Source: a virus | Virus record (IMG/VR): IMGVR_UViG_3300025648_000015 | Coordinates: 52,146-116,145 of that record | Length of the DNA: 64,000 bases | Strand: one strand, 5' to 3' | Part shown: positions 20,349-30,770 of the stretch, one piece after another | Layout of the letters: each line of letters starts with the position of its first letter | Numbering within the stretch: position 1 is the stretch's first letter | Position numbers and translations under genes: made by a program | The notes under the pieces: generated by a model | What the model was told of the DNA's origin: nothing | The model's database searches: none | The model's input: only the letters and a program-made list of their open reading frames with translations

Positions 20349-20725
20349 TGGAAAATTTAGCTCAGCAAACTGAAACAATGTTTGAACGCAACATAGCTAT
20401 TATTGCAAGTAGAAAACAAGAAGTTCAGGTCTTTAGTGATGGTTTCGTTTATGTCGGGTATCTATGTGGGCTTGATGAAAAATGGGTACAATTATATGGC
20501 CACGAAGAGAATGACAAGAATAATGTTGATACCATGTGGCGTTTCCTGTTAATCAATAAGAATAATATCTCAGCAATTGGACCGAATGGTAATGGGCTAT
20601 ACGACATTGATCAAGTGACACGCGAATGGATTAGCAAGAAGATTCAGATGTTTTCAGATGTATGTGATAAGTTTCTATCAGTTAGAGGAATAAAGAAAAA
20701 TGACGATCGAAAAGAAAAGTTTTGA
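20348..20725 (+). CDS. Hypothetical protein
   Basis: Coupled ORF. Confidence 0.65.
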   Translation: MENLAQQTETMFERNIAIIASRKQEVQVFSDGFVYVGYLCGLDEKWVQLYGHEENDKNNVDTMWRFLLINKNNISAIGPNGNGLYDIDQVTREWISKKIQMFSDVCDKFLSVRGIKKNDDRKEKF

Positions 20726-21167
20726 TGGGCCTTTGGCCAATTACGACGACAATAGCTACGACGATGTTGTAGAAGTAGTCCCAGTAGAAAGCAAGAATGA
20801 GCTTGTAAAAGAGATTGATCTTGCTAATGCAGAACCACGTGAGCTTTTGATATATTTTGCATCCCGTTATAAAGAAGTGCATGGCTACGAATATGTGGTT
20901 GAATGGATTAAGGAAGTTGCTATCTTTAAAAGCTTTAAAGAGCGTTACAAAGTTGATGCAGGCCCTATGGTTGCTTTGCTATTCGATAAGCACAAAGGCA
21001 AAATCAACGACATGGTGATGACCGTAACAGCCTTTAGTAAAGGCAGTAAATGGATTCAGGACACCTTATACATTCAGTTACAACAAGATAAGATAAAAGA
21101 AGAAAACCGACCAAGTTCAGAAGGGTTAATGAATACAGATGACTTCCTTAAACGATTCGCTGTTTGA
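20700..21167 (+). CDS. Hypothetical protein, possible helicase-loader partner
   Basis: Directly upstream of the DnaC-like ATPase; function inferred from position only. Confidence 0.5.
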   Translation: MTIEKKSFDGPLANYDDNSYDDVVEVVPVESKNELVKEIDLANAEPRELLIYFASRYKEVHGYEYVVEWIKEVAIFKSFKERYKVDAGPMVALLFDKHKGKINDMVMTVTAFSKGSKWIQDTLYIQLQQDKIKEENRPSSEGLMNTDDFLKRFAV

Positions 21168-21939
21168 TTGGCAAAACGACTACGTAAATATTAAGTTTGA
21201 TTTCTTGTCAGACGATGAGATTGATTATTTAGAGCTTAAGTATCCTCAGTTTGAAACGTTTAATAAACGAGGCTGCCCAACGTGTGAAGGCCATAATTGT
21301 GGTGACTGTAAAGCGCAGTTGCAACTTTATAAGCATTACCTACGTGCAGGCATTGGACTAAATTATCAACGACTTGGTTTTGAAGACTTCCATGGCGATG
21401 CTAAAGCATTAGACCTTGCTAACGTTTATCTAAGCCAACACAAACAGTTTGTTAAGGGTGGCATGGGTCTGATGTACCACGGCTCATGGGGTACTGGTAA
21501 GACTCTTCTTACTAGCCTTATTGCTAAAGAACTAGTAAAGCTTGGCTACACAGTTTACTTTGCTACGTTTACCCAAATGGTTGATGAATTTACCCGAGGG
21601 TGGGGTAGTAATGAAGACAAGGCACGATTCGAGAGCAAGGTTGTTAAGAGCGATGTGTTCTTTTTAGATGACATCGGTAAAGAGTTTCGTACCAAGAATA
21701 ACTTGAGTGAAGCTACATTTGACCACGTGCTCCGTCAACGTGCATTGGACAATCGTCCTACTTTTATCACCACGAACATGACAATTGAGGAATTGAATGA
21801 GGGTTACGGTAGTGCTATATTTTCTCTCCTAAAGGAAAGAATGATTGTCCACAACATGGAGGGCGTTGATTACCGAGAGTTTGCTCGTAACCGTACGCTT
21901 GATGAAATTAAGAACGACACAGTACGCAAAATTATCTAA
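21139..21939 (+). CDS. DnaC/IstB-like helicase loader ATPase
   Basis: CxxC..C..C Zn site, GSWGTGKT, FLDDIGKE, R......PTFITTN. Confidence 0.88.
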   Translation: MTSLNDSLFDWQNDYVNIKFDFLSDDEIDYLELKYPQFETFNKRGCPTCEGHNCGDCKAQLQLYKHYLRAGIGLNYQRLGFEDFHGDAKALDLANVYLSQHKQFVKGGMGLMYHGSWGTGKTLLTSLIAKELVKLGYTVYFATFTQMVDEFTRGWGSNEDKARFESKVVKSDVFFLDDIGKEFRTKNNLSEATFDHVLRQRALDNRPTFITTNMTIEELNEGYGSAIFSLLKERMIVHNMEGVDYREFARNRTLDEIKNDTVRKII

Positions 21940-21953
21940 TAGAAAGTAAGAAG

Positions 21954-23234
21954 ATGGACATTGAAAAGTCGATAGTAAAGCATTTTGACAAGTTAGAAAG
22001 TTTCAACACAATTTGGGATAAGGGGGTACGTAGCGAACACTTCTTTGATGATGGTGTACGTGAACTGTTTGATTACAGCCTTGACTATTACGTTCGTAGT
22101 GAGTTCAAGAGTACAGTAACTCGTGACTTCCTAGAGACTAAATTTGAAGACTATTTTGTTCGTAATGAGTGGCCAGAAGAAGAATACTTAGTTGGTGTTC
22201 TTATCGAGGAACTTATGACTAAGTACCGCAAGGCAACCACCCAGAGCGCACTGCTTAAGGCAGCTAATGCGCTTGAGGAAGATCCTGAAGTCGGTATTAG
22301 TATGGCACTTAATAGCCTTACACGTATCCAAAGTGACACAAGTACACGTGAGCGTATTGAAATTTATGGTGATGGTTACGAACGTCGTGTTAATGAATAC
22401 ATGGACGAAGTATCTAACCCAACCAAAGATAAGAAGGGAATCTATCTTGGTTGGGATGCATTGAATGACCATATGTACGGCATCCAGAAAGGTGAACTTG
22501 CGGTTGTCGTAGGTATTCCTAACGTTGGTAAGTCATGGGTTGGATCGGTTATTGCTCTTGAAGCAGCACGACGTAAAACTAAAGTTTACTTTGCATCATT
22601 AGAGCTTCGTAAAGAACTAACTCTAATGCGTCTTGATTGTCTTGTTAGTGGTGTGCCGTATGCTCGCTACGAACGTGGACAACTAACTCCTAATGAGTTA
22701 AAACGTCTTAAGGAAGCTCGTGAAGAAGTTATGGAGTTTGGTGAATATCTTCTTATTGACTCACCTAGTCGTAAGTCTGAACGTAGCGTTATGGAGTTGT
22801 ACTCAAAAGCTAAGCACTGGGGTGCTGAACTAATGGTTGGGGACCAATTGTCATGGATCTCAACCGAGAAGAGTTATGGTTCAGCAAGTAACTTCCAAAC
22901 TCTACAGATGTCTGAAGTGATCACTGACGTAGCTTCTACTAACCGAGAGATGGGTATGGCTTCTGTATGGCTTGCTCAGTTCAACCGTGAAGCTATGAAG
23001 AAGAAGAATGGTCGTGGTGGTCTAGCTCAGATTGGTCTTAGTAGTACCATTGAACAAATTGTGGACATGGCTATTGGTATCGGTGCTACCAAAGAAATGA
23101 AGCAGCAAGAAGCACTTGTTATGGATATCCTTAAAAGCCGTCGTAGTGACCTAAAATCATGGATGATGGGTTTTGAGCTAAAGGATCGTACATCACTCCA
23201 AGTTGTTCGTGAATACGAGGATAATAATGATTGA
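21954..23234 (+). CDS. dnaB: Replicative DnaB-like helicase
   Basis: G...GEL.VV.G.PNVGKS, SLEL, GDQL, LAQFNR, IEQ..D, K.R. Confidence 0.9.
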   Translation: MDIEKSIVKHFDKLESFNTIWDKGVRSEHFFDDGVRELFDYSLDYYVRSEFKSTVTRDFLETKFEDYFVRNEWPEEEYLVGVLIEELMTKYRKATTQSALLKAANALEEDPEVGISMALNSLTRIQSDTSTRERIEIYGDGYERRVNEYMDEVSNPTKDKKGIYLGWDALNDHMYGIQKGELAVVVGIPNVGKSWVGSVIALEAARRKTKVYFASLELRKELTLMRLDCLVSGVPYARYERGQLTPNELKRLKEAREEVMEFGEYLLIDSPSRKSERSVMELYSKAKHWGAELMVGDQLSWISTEKSYGSASNFQTLQMSEVITDVASTNREMGMASVWLAQFNREAMKKKNGRGGLAQIGLSSTIEQIVDMAIGIGATKEMKQQEALVMDILKSRRSDLKSWMMGFELKDRTSLQVVREYEDNND

Positions 23235-23347
23235 GAAAACTCCTAAAGAAATGGGCGAAGATGCCCTTAGAGATTTAAGCCCAGAAGATAAAGCATTTTT
23301 AGAGAAGGTCAAAAAAGATAATAAAGACTTTTTAGAACATTTGAAGA

Positions 23348-24355
23348 ATGATAAGTTTATCTGATATCTTCACTAACTTAGACGCCAGGGTTGTTCTCCA
23401 AGACATTATTGGGGTAGGAGAACTAATAGAGAACGGTGATGAATATATTCACTCATGCCCACTCCCATTTGGCATGCATAAGAATGGTGACTCCAACCCA
23501 AGTGCTAGTTTAAATAAGGATACCCTACTTTTTAACTGCTTTACTTGTGGTGGAGGTAGCGTCATTTGGCTAGTCCAGAACTGCCTAAATGTCACTAAAG
23601 ATGAGGCTATTTCTGTCCTAAAGAATGAGGTAACAGAACTCAAGGTTATCTCGATTGAGGACTTCACCAAGAAGCTAGAGGGTGTTTTTGGTACCGCTCA
23701 GCAGAGCAAGACAGAAATCCCTATTTATAGCGAAAACCTCCTTAACAGATGGCAAGGAACTTGCGATTATTTGACCGTTAGAGGGGTCTCAGAGGCCGTT
23801 CAGCGGGAGATGCGCACAGGGGTAGAGAGAGCACGGCCCGAAATATCTAAAGTCCAAGGAGAAGAGCATATGGTGACCCTAGATAGGGTCGTACTGCCAC
23901 ACTTTATGAAGGGCAAGCTTATTGGCTGGGTAGCCAGAAAGATCGAAGATGTGCCAGGTGTTCCCAAGTATAGGAATTCCAAAGGGTTCCCTCGTGGGTC
24001 ATGGTTATACAACCTTGATAATAACCTTAACAGCGACCACGTGTATGTTGTGGAGAGTCCTATGAGCGTCCTTGTGCTCAAATCCAGGGGTATTGACAAT
24101 GTCGTTGCGACCTTCGGCGCAAAAGTAGACAATCAACAGATTAATCTGCTTCGCAGGTTTTCTAAGGTGACTATCTTTATGGATGGTGATGCACCTGGAA
24201 GAGCTGCTACGCAACATCTTGTAGACGAGTTGAGTTGTTACACAAAACTTGCTATCATTGAAACACCGGACGACGAAGATCCTGCTACACTGCTGGAGAT
24301 TCCTAGTTCAATGAACTCAATGGAATGGCAGTTAACACATCAAGGAGTATCATGA
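23348..24355 (+). CDS. dnaG: DNA primase (Zn finger + TOPRIM)
   Basis: CP....H..GD..PS...CF.C, PKY.NS, VVES, DGD.PG, DP. Confidence 0.88.
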   Translation: MISLSDIFTNLDARVVLQDIIGVGELIENGDEYIHSCPLPFGMHKNGDSNPSASLNKDTLLFNCFTCGGGSVIWLVQNCLNVTKDEAISVLKNEVTELKVISIEDFTKKLEGVFGTAQQSKTEIPIYSENLLNRWQGTCDYLTVRGVSEAVQREMRTGVERARPEISKVQGEEHMVTLDRVVLPHFMKGKLIGWVARKIEDVPGVPKYRNSKGFPRGSWLYNLDNNLNSDHVYVVESPMSVLVLKSRGIDNVVATFGAKVDNQQINLLRRFSKVTIFMDGDAPGRAATQHLVDELSCYTKLAIIETPDDEDPATLLEIPSSMNSMEWQLTHQGVS

Positions 24356-24455
24356 GTTTTATTACTAGCATTCATCACTGGCTTAATAGCCACGTTTTTG
24401 ATATGGTACTGGCCTATTGGTTTTATGCTTGGGCTAGAAGAATTTTTTAAGTAAT

Positions 24456-24485
24456 TTGATTTATGGTGGAGACATGTGGTACCGT
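24456..24485 (+). promoter_or_regulatory. SigA-type promoter TTGATT-N18-TACCGT
   Basis: TG-extended -10; upstream of the SSB gene. Confidence 0.5.
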
Positions 24486-24547
24486 AGTAATTGTCCTAGG
24501 ACAACTGAATTAATAAACTAAAATATAAACCAAAGGAATAAACTAAA

Positions 24548-25372
24548 ATGGCACTAAAAAAAGGAATGGCTGCAGTACGTGAAAGCATCGAGCGTTCACA
24601 GAAGAGTAGTGGTCCTCGTACATACGAGACAACCAACTGGTTCTACTGGTCCGCTGGTGAGAGCAAAGCTCTTCGTTTTCTAACTGACTCAGCTGATATT
24701 TATGTTGTACCTGTTCACGAGAATGTACCATCGCATGATGGTAAGAAGAAGACATTTGTATGCCGTGAAGCATTCGATGCTAAGTGCGAACTTTGTGCAC
24801 GCGAAGTTGGCGCACCTGGTCGTTACCGTCGTGATGTAGGCTACGGTATAGCTATTCTGCGTGAAGAAGTGCGTGAAGACGGCAAGATTACCGGATACCG
24901 TGACGTTACTTCTGAGTACACTGAGACTGTTGATGGCAAGGTTGTTACTAAGAAGAAGCCATACGTGGGTATTGTATCCCAGGGTATGCGTAATTTCTGG
25001 AATCAGATTGCTGTTATCTCAGAGAAGTATGGTTCACTCCGTGACCGTGAAATTGAAATCATGCGTCAAGGTGCTGGAACCGATACTACATACATGGCAT
25101 TCGCTCTACCTGAGAAGGAGATCGAAAACATGGATTCACGTTACGCTAAGTTCGTCCCTGATGTTGAGGCGTTCCTAAACCGTATCGGTAGCCAAGAGTA
25201 CTACGATGCTCAGCTACACGGTGTTGTCAAGGAAAAGGAGACTGGTGATAAACCAGCTTCTACTCCAGTTGCTACAAGCGACGATGATGAGTACGGTGAC
25301 GAAGAATACGTCGCAATTGAAGAGGAGACCACTGCTGAGCGACTCCGTCGAAAGATGGCTAACCAGCAGTAA
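24548..25372 (+). CDS. Single-stranded DNA-binding protein (gp32-like)
   Basis: LRFL, H...C......C.LC Zn site, I.R.G.G.DT.Y, acidic C-terminus; replication context. Confidence 0.75.
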   Translation: MALKKGMAAVRESIERSQKSSGPRTYETTNWFYWSAGESKALRFLTDSADIYVVPVHENVPSHDGKKKTFVCREAFDAKCELCAREVGAPGRYRRDVGYGIAILREEVREDGKITGYRDVTSEYTETVDGKVVTKKKPYVGIVSQGMRNFWNQIAVISEKYGSLRDREIEIMRQGAGTDTTYMAFALPEKEIENMDSRYAKFVPDVEAFLNRIGSQEYYDAQLHGVVKEKETGDKPASTPVATSDDDEYGDEEYVAIEEETTAERLRRKMANQQ

Positions 25373-25380
25373 GGTTTGAT

Positions 25381-25431
25381 TACCTGGTAGGGTGGGGGCT
25401 AACCCGACACGGCTTACTACTCTACCAGGTA
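25381..25431 (+). terminator. Long hairpin after ssb (terminator or processing site)
   Basis: TACCTGGTAGGGTGG / CTACTCTACCAGGTA 15-bp stem with G-U pairs; no U tract. Confidence 0.5.
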
Positions 25432-25525
25432 TTCATTACACATGAAAAATTTTATTATTGATTTAGGTGACTACTTTCATATCAAAGAAGGCTTACCAAT
25501 ATTCCTCAAACACGAAAGAGATGCT

Positions 25526-25816
25526 ATGCCATTTAATGCATTAGAAAACAAAGTAATTATTAAAGTCGCCGTTGTGGAAGAAAAAACCGAAAGCGGTCTA
25601 TTCATTCCTGACACTGCCACTGCCATGCCAGAGACTGGTACCGTTGTATCTGTAGGCCCAGGTCGAACGGCTGCCAATGGTCAAACTATCCCAACTGGAA
25701 TTAATGTAGGGGATACAGTATTGTTTGAACGACGCGCTGCACAAAAAGTAGAGATCGAGGAAGAAGAATATCTTGTGTTCCTTACGGATCACATCCTTGC
25801 TATTGTAGGAGAATAA
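25526..25816 (+). CDS. groS: Co-chaperonin GroES
   Basis: L..KVII.....EEKTESGLFIPDTA...P..G.VV.VGPG......VGD.VLF...; likely start MPFNAL. Confidence 0.92.
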   Translation: MPFNALENKVIIKVAVVEEKTESGLFIPDTATAMPETGTVVSVGPGRTAANGQTIPTGINVGDTVLFERRAAQKVEIEEEEYLVFLTDHILAIVGE

Positions 25817-25898
25817 CTATGAAGTTGTTTCTTCAAATACTTGTACCTATTCTAGCTTACCTAGGTATTGGCGCCATGGGAGCTAAAAATAAAGATGA

Positions 25899-26219
25899 TT
25901 GGAAATACATTATCTTTTTACCATTCTACTTGGCTATATTTTTAGGAATCTTTTGCCTACTAGTTCTATTTCTCAAATGGTTGTATGCATGAACACTGAA
26001 TGGTTTACCAATTATGATGGTAAACACATACACATAGTTGGTGCTAAACGGTTGCCACGTAAACGTAAAAAGTTAGTCACAATAATTTATCAATGTTTGC
26101 CAAACGATAAATCTAGGGAATATTTTGTAACTAGTCCCAAATATATTGATAGAGTAGAAAAACAATTAGTAGAAAAGAATAGCAATGACAGATCGGTTAG
26201 TACACTTACACACGCATAG
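25899..26219 (+). CDS. Hypothetical protein (start uncertain)
   Basis: ORF between groES and dnaE. Confidence 0.45.
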   Translation: MEIHYLFTILLGYIFRNLLPTSSISQMVVCMNTEWFTNYDGKHIHIVGAKRLPRKRKKLVTIIYQCLPNDKSREYFVTSPKYIDRVEKQLVEKNSNDRSVSTLTHA

Positions 26220-29200
26220 TGAGCATAGTTTTTTAGATGGTCTTTCAACGATTGACCAGGTAGTGAACCGCGTTGTAGATCTTGGGCAAGAAGCTGTTGC
26301 TATCACTGATCATGGTGAATGCAGCGGTCACCTTCGTCTTCAAAAAGCAGCTGACAAAGCTGGCATCAAACCTATCTTTGGTATGGAAGGTTATTTCACC
26401 GAAGATCGTTTTGAGAAGAGTGGTCGAAAAGGTGAAAACTATGACCACATGACTATTGTTGCTATGAATAACAAGGGACTCGAGAACCTTTGGGCATTGA
26501 GTAGCCTTGCTTATATTGAAGGTAGTTACTACACTAATGCACGTTTTGACTGGGAATTGTTAGAGCGTTACAACGAAGGTCTCATTGTTACTGGTGGTTG
26601 CATGGGTGGTTGCATTGGTAAACACCTTAAAGATGGTGAGAACCATGAGAAGGCTATTGAACGCATTGCTAGATACCAAGCTATTTTCGGTGACCGTTTC
26701 CATCTAGAATTGCATACTTATCTTGACCCTGAAAGCAATGAATGGAATCTTCGTGTTGCTGAAGCAGCATTAGACTACAGCGTTCCTCTTTTATCTGTTA
26801 GTGATTCTCACTACGCTGAGCCTGAGCAATGGTTTGCTCATGAACTCATGACTGCGGTGCAGATGGGTAAAACCATTCATGATCCTTCACGTTTTTCTTA
26901 TGGGCCTAATCAACTATGTATTTTTTCTGAGGAAGACACTCGCAGCAGGCTTAGCTATCTTCCTGAATCAATTGTTGACCAAGCTATCAATCGTACTAAT
27001 GAAGTTGCACAGATGTGTGACGCACGTATTCCTGGCTCACGTAAAATGCCAGTATTTTATTCATCACCTGCTATGGACGAGCGTAAGTTTCGTGAGACTG
27101 TAGAAGAAGGATTCAACCGTAAGATTGTTGGTCATGTAGCAGAAGATATGCTACAGACATACCGTGATCGTCTTGATTTTGAGATCGATGTTATTGTTAC
27201 TCGTGGTTTTCCTGGGTACTTCTTGACCGTTCAAGAAATTATTAATTGGAGTAAAGAAAATGAATTCTTGGTTGGTCCTAGCCGTGGCTCTGTGGGAGGT
27301 AGTCTTCTTGCTTATTGTATGGATATCACAACGGTAGACCCTATTCCTGCAAACCTTATCTTTGAACGTTTTCTAAATCCTGAGCGTGTGAGTATGCCCG
27401 ATATTGATATTGACATGCCTAAGAATGAACGATACCTTGTTCGACAGCACTTAGAAGAGCGTTACGGTAAACATAACATTGCAAGCATTGGCACTTTGAA
27501 TACTCTTGGGCCAAAGCAATCTTTGCGTGATATCTGTCGCGGCCTTGGTATTGACAAAGATGATACACAAAAGATGATCGATATCATTGATGATGACTGG
27601 AATATTAAAAACCGTGGAGCTACGTGGGAAGACGTAGAAAAACAATACGCTAAAGAGTATGCACCTTATATTATTAAATATCCAAAGCTATTTGAGAACT
27701 TACCTGAGTTTGTTAATCACATCCGGCATACTAGTGCACACGCTGCAGGTATTGTAATCAGTAAAGAATCTCTTCTAGGGGTTATGCCACTGCGTTATAG
27801 CCCACAGAATGATGATATCCGTACACAGTTTGACATGAATGAGATAGATGAGTTGGGTTTTGTAAAGATTGACTTGCTCGGTCTACGCACTCTCAGCACA
27901 CTAATGGTTGCGCTAGATCTTATCAAACGTAATAATGGTGGAACATTGCCTTTCAAGCATTTCTACGAATGGGACCATGACTGGGAAACCTATTACGATG
28001 ACCCAGCAGTATGGGATGCTATTTGCACAGGCCACAACATTGGTTTATTCCAGATTGAAACAGGTCAGCTACGCTCTTTGGTAAAACGTTTTCAACCACG
28101 CAGTATTGAAGACCTTTGTACAATGATTGCTATTTATCGTCCTGGCATTACTCGTTCTGTGGATAGCGAGACTGGTTTAAATCTACTTGAAATGTATATG
28201 CAAAAGCGTGAAGGCAAGCGTCCTGTCAAATACAAGCACCCAATGTTAGAGAAGATCCTTGGGGTGTCATACGGTTCATTCGTATACCAGGAACAGATTA
28301 TGGAAACTTGCCACATCCTTGCTGGTTATACCATTCCAGAAACTGACCGTGTTCGCAAGGCTGTTTCTAAGTCTAACTATGAAGACATGAAAGATGAAGC
28401 TGAGATCTTTGTACAAAAATGCATAGACAATGGTATTGATAAAAAGACTGCAGAATCTATCTTTGATGACATGCGTGCATTTGGTATGTATGGTTTTAAC
28501 AAGAGCCACGGTTACGGATACTCTATGCTATCTTACTGGACTGCTTGGGTTAAGTATTACTACCCACGTGAGTTTATGACTGCTCTATTCCGTACTAACC
28601 CATCTGACAGTGTTACCTACACTCGTGAAGCACGACGCATGGGCATCCAGGTTCTTGGGCCTGACATCAACGAAAGTGAAGGAAACTTTACACTCACATC
28701 ATCTGGTATTATCCGTTATGGACTTAGTAGTGTTAAATATGTTGCTAATGCTGCAGCGGAGTTACAGAAACTTGGTCCGTACAAAGACATGGAGGATTTC
28801 CTTGCCCGTGTACCTACCAGAAAAGTAAACAAACGTGCTGTTATGTCTATGATTAAGTGTGGCGTATTTGATAGCGTTTGTGGTGATACTAAGCAGGCAT
28901 TATATGAGTACTGCAAAACAAGGAAAGAGTTTAGGAAATTAGATGATAGTTGCAACGTTGACTGTACTTATTGTGCTGGTCGTTTTACTTTATTTGAGTG
29001 CTTCGCAGAGAACCAGGAATATATCACGCTACGGGGGCAACACGAGCAGGAGCTATTGGGAACTATGGTTAGTATTGATCCTCTTGCTGCTTATATTGAT
29101 GTAATCGAAGAGGAGCAGACTTATCCAGGAGAGAAACGTATGTTCCAGGGTGAGAAAGCTATGCTAGGTGGCATGGTTACTCAGATTAAACCATTGATTA

Positions 29201-29475
29201 CTAAAAAGGGTAAGAACCCTGGTGCTGAGATGTGCCAATTATGGATTGAATTACCGATTAATAATTTTGATGAGGATGGTTTGCTTGAAGAGGAAGATGA
29301 AGAAAGCTCTACGAAAGATGAAAGCGTTCAAATCGTGGCCTTCCCAACAACGTACGCAAGAGTCAAAAAAGATCTTGAGATCGGCACGCCGGTTTTGGTG
29401 GAAGTAGAAAAACTACAAGATGGGTTGAGCCTAAGAAGTTTATTTCGACTTGACTTATTAAAACCGGCAGTGTAA
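26185..29475 (+). CDS. dnaE: DNA polymerase III alpha subunit
   Basis: PHP HLHTHSEHSFLDG, TDHG; GP.RGS..GS; FERFLNPER.SMPDIDID; KIDLLGL; YGFNKSH; no intein visible. Confidence 0.97.
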   Translation: MTDRLVHLHTHSEHSFLDGLSTIDQVVNRVVDLGQEAVAITDHGECSGHLRLQKAADKAGIKPIFGMEGYFTEDRFEKSGRKGENYDHMTIVAMNNKGLENLWALSSLAYIEGSYYTNARFDWELLERYNEGLIVTGGCMGGCIGKHLKDGENHEKAIERIARYQAIFGDRFHLELHTYLDPESNEWNLRVAEAALDYSVPLLSVSDSHYAEPEQWFAHELMTAVQMGKTIHDPSRFSYGPNQLCIFSEEDTRSRLSYLPESIVDQAINRTNEVAQMCDARIPGSRKMPVFYSSPAMDERKFRETVEEGFNRKIVGHVAEDMLQTYRDRLDFEIDVIVTRGFPGYFLTVQEIINWSKENEFLVGPSRGSVGGSLLAYCMDITTVDPIPANLIFERFLNPERVSMPDIDIDMPKNERYLVRQHLEERYGKHNIASIGTLNTLGPKQSLRDICRGLGIDKDDTQKMIDIIDDDWNIKNRGATWEDVEKQYAKEYAPYIIKYPKLFENLPEFVNHIRHTSAHAAGIVISKESLLGVMPLRYSPQNDDIRTQFDMNEIDELGFVKIDLLGLRTLSTLMVALDLIKRNNGGTLPFKHFYEWDHDWETYYDDPAVWDAICTGHNIGLFQIETGQLRSLVKRFQPRSIEDLCTMIAIYRPGITRSVDSETGLNLLEMYMQKREGKRPVKYKHPMLEKILGVSYGSFVYQEQIMETCHILAGYTIPETDRVRKAVSKSNYEDMKDEAEIFVQKCIDNGIDKKTAESIFDDMRAFGMYGFNKSHGYGYSMLSYWTAWVKYYYPREFMTALFRTNPSDSVTYTREARRMGIQVLGPDINESEGNFTLTSSGIIRYGLSSVKYVANAAAELQKLGPYKDMEDFLARVPTRKVNKRAVMSMIKCGVFDSVCGDTKQALYEYCKTRKEFRKLDDSCNVDCTYCAGRFTLFECFAENQEYITLRGQHEQELLGTMVSIDPLAAYIDVIEEEQTYPGEKRMFQGEKAMLGGMVTQIKPLITKKGKNPGAEMCQLWIELPINNFDEDGLLEEEDEESSTKDESVQIVAFPTTYARVKKDLEIGTPVLVEVEKLQDGLSLRSLFRLDLLKPAV

Positions 29476-29777
29476 TCTGATAACAGTAAGAAAGGAAAAT
29501 ATATGTCAAAACTATCAGTGTGGCGTTGCCCTAAATGCAAGCAAGAGATACAAGCTCTTGCAACTGAGGTAACACACAAATGCCCAAGCAACAAAAATCT
29601 TCTTGTTCAATGGGAAAGTGCAGGCAAAGATGAATGAGATAATCATCAATGCTAATCTTAAATTGAGTCCAATAGCTTTAATCCGTTATGGTAAAGCTCT
29701 TAGAAAGTCAGGTTTAACGCCTGATGACTTTATTTTGCAAGCAGTAGCTACTATGATTTACGAGACTTTAGGAGAAG

Positions 29778-30080
29778 ATGAGTATGAAGTACAATGAGTT
29801 AGAACACAGCCATATTAGCCTCCGTACACATGAGGATGGCGAATGTTTAGGTGATGTATGCACTATCCATATGCGTAGTGATCACCATATGCGTGGCTTC
29901 CCACAATTTTATCGATTCGATCGTGGGATTATGGAACGCAAATGCACTCATGGAATTGGTCACCCAGACCCAGATGATATTAATATTATCAATGGTGCTG
30001 ACGATGGTGCACATGCTTGTGATGGTTGTTGCCTAAGATTTGCAACTGAAGAAGAATACAAAAGTGCTAAGGTAAAGTAA
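29778..30080 (+). CDS. Conserved actinophage Cys/His-rich protein
   Basis: H....C....C.IH..SDHHM...MERKC.HGIGHPDPD...H.CDGCC. Confidence 0.65.
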   Translation: MSMKYNELEHSHISLRTHEDGECLGDVCTIHMRSDHHMRGFPQFYRFDRGIMERKCTHGIGHPDPDDINIINGADDGAHACDGCCLRFATEEEYKSAKVK

Positions 30081-30502
30081 TGCAAACATTTTTACCATAC
30101 GAAAGTTTTACTAAATCTGCTTCTGTGCTTGACCGTCAACGTTTAGGGAAACAACGTGTAGAAAATCTACAAGTAATCAAAGCATTAATTACTCCTGGAT
30201 ATGGTTGGCAAAATCATCCAGCAGTAAAGATGTGGCGTGGTCACGAATACACACTTCTTAAATACCAAGAAGCTATCTGCAATGAATGGACTGGTCGTGG
30301 CTACAAAGATACATGCCTTGAAAAATCCATAGATTTACTTGCTGGTTATCCTATTGGCATAACCAAACCAGAATGGTTAGGTGACGTAGAGTTTCATGAA
30401 TCTCACCAAAGCAATCTTTTACGTAAATTCCCAGAACACTATTCACAATATTTTACAAATGTACCAGATAATCTTGAATACGTCTGGCCAATAGGAGCAT
30501 AA
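30080..30502 (+). CDS. Pyrimidine-dimer DNA glycosylase family protein (MSMEG_6728-like)
   Basis: MQTFLPY..F..SA..LD..RLGKQRVE..Q...GW.NHPAV.MWRG...H.SHQSNLLRK.P.HY...L.YVWP. Confidence 0.88.
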   Translation: MQTFLPYESFTKSASVLDRQRLGKQRVENLQVIKALITPGYGWQNHPAVKMWRGHEYTLLKYQEAICNEWTGRGYKDTCLEKSIDLLAGYPIGITKPEWLGDVEFHESHQSNLLRKFPEHYSQYFTNVPDNLEYVWPIGA

Positions 30503-30770
30503 TGAGTTACAACAGTAGAGAACGATACCACCAAATGATGCGTCGCAAAGAACGAGAAACTCAGCTATACATGGAAATGCATCCACCAAAGAATAATATG
30601 AGTGCAACTGAAGCGATGAGTCGTATTGTATTCCCAGAATATTACGAAAAGGAAGATGATGCAAATAACAATTGATATTGATCAACGTACATATAACCAC
30701 TTGAAATCAATGGCAGAAATTGATAGAATGACCGTTGAAGAATTTATTCAAGAACTTGTAGAGGAAAACT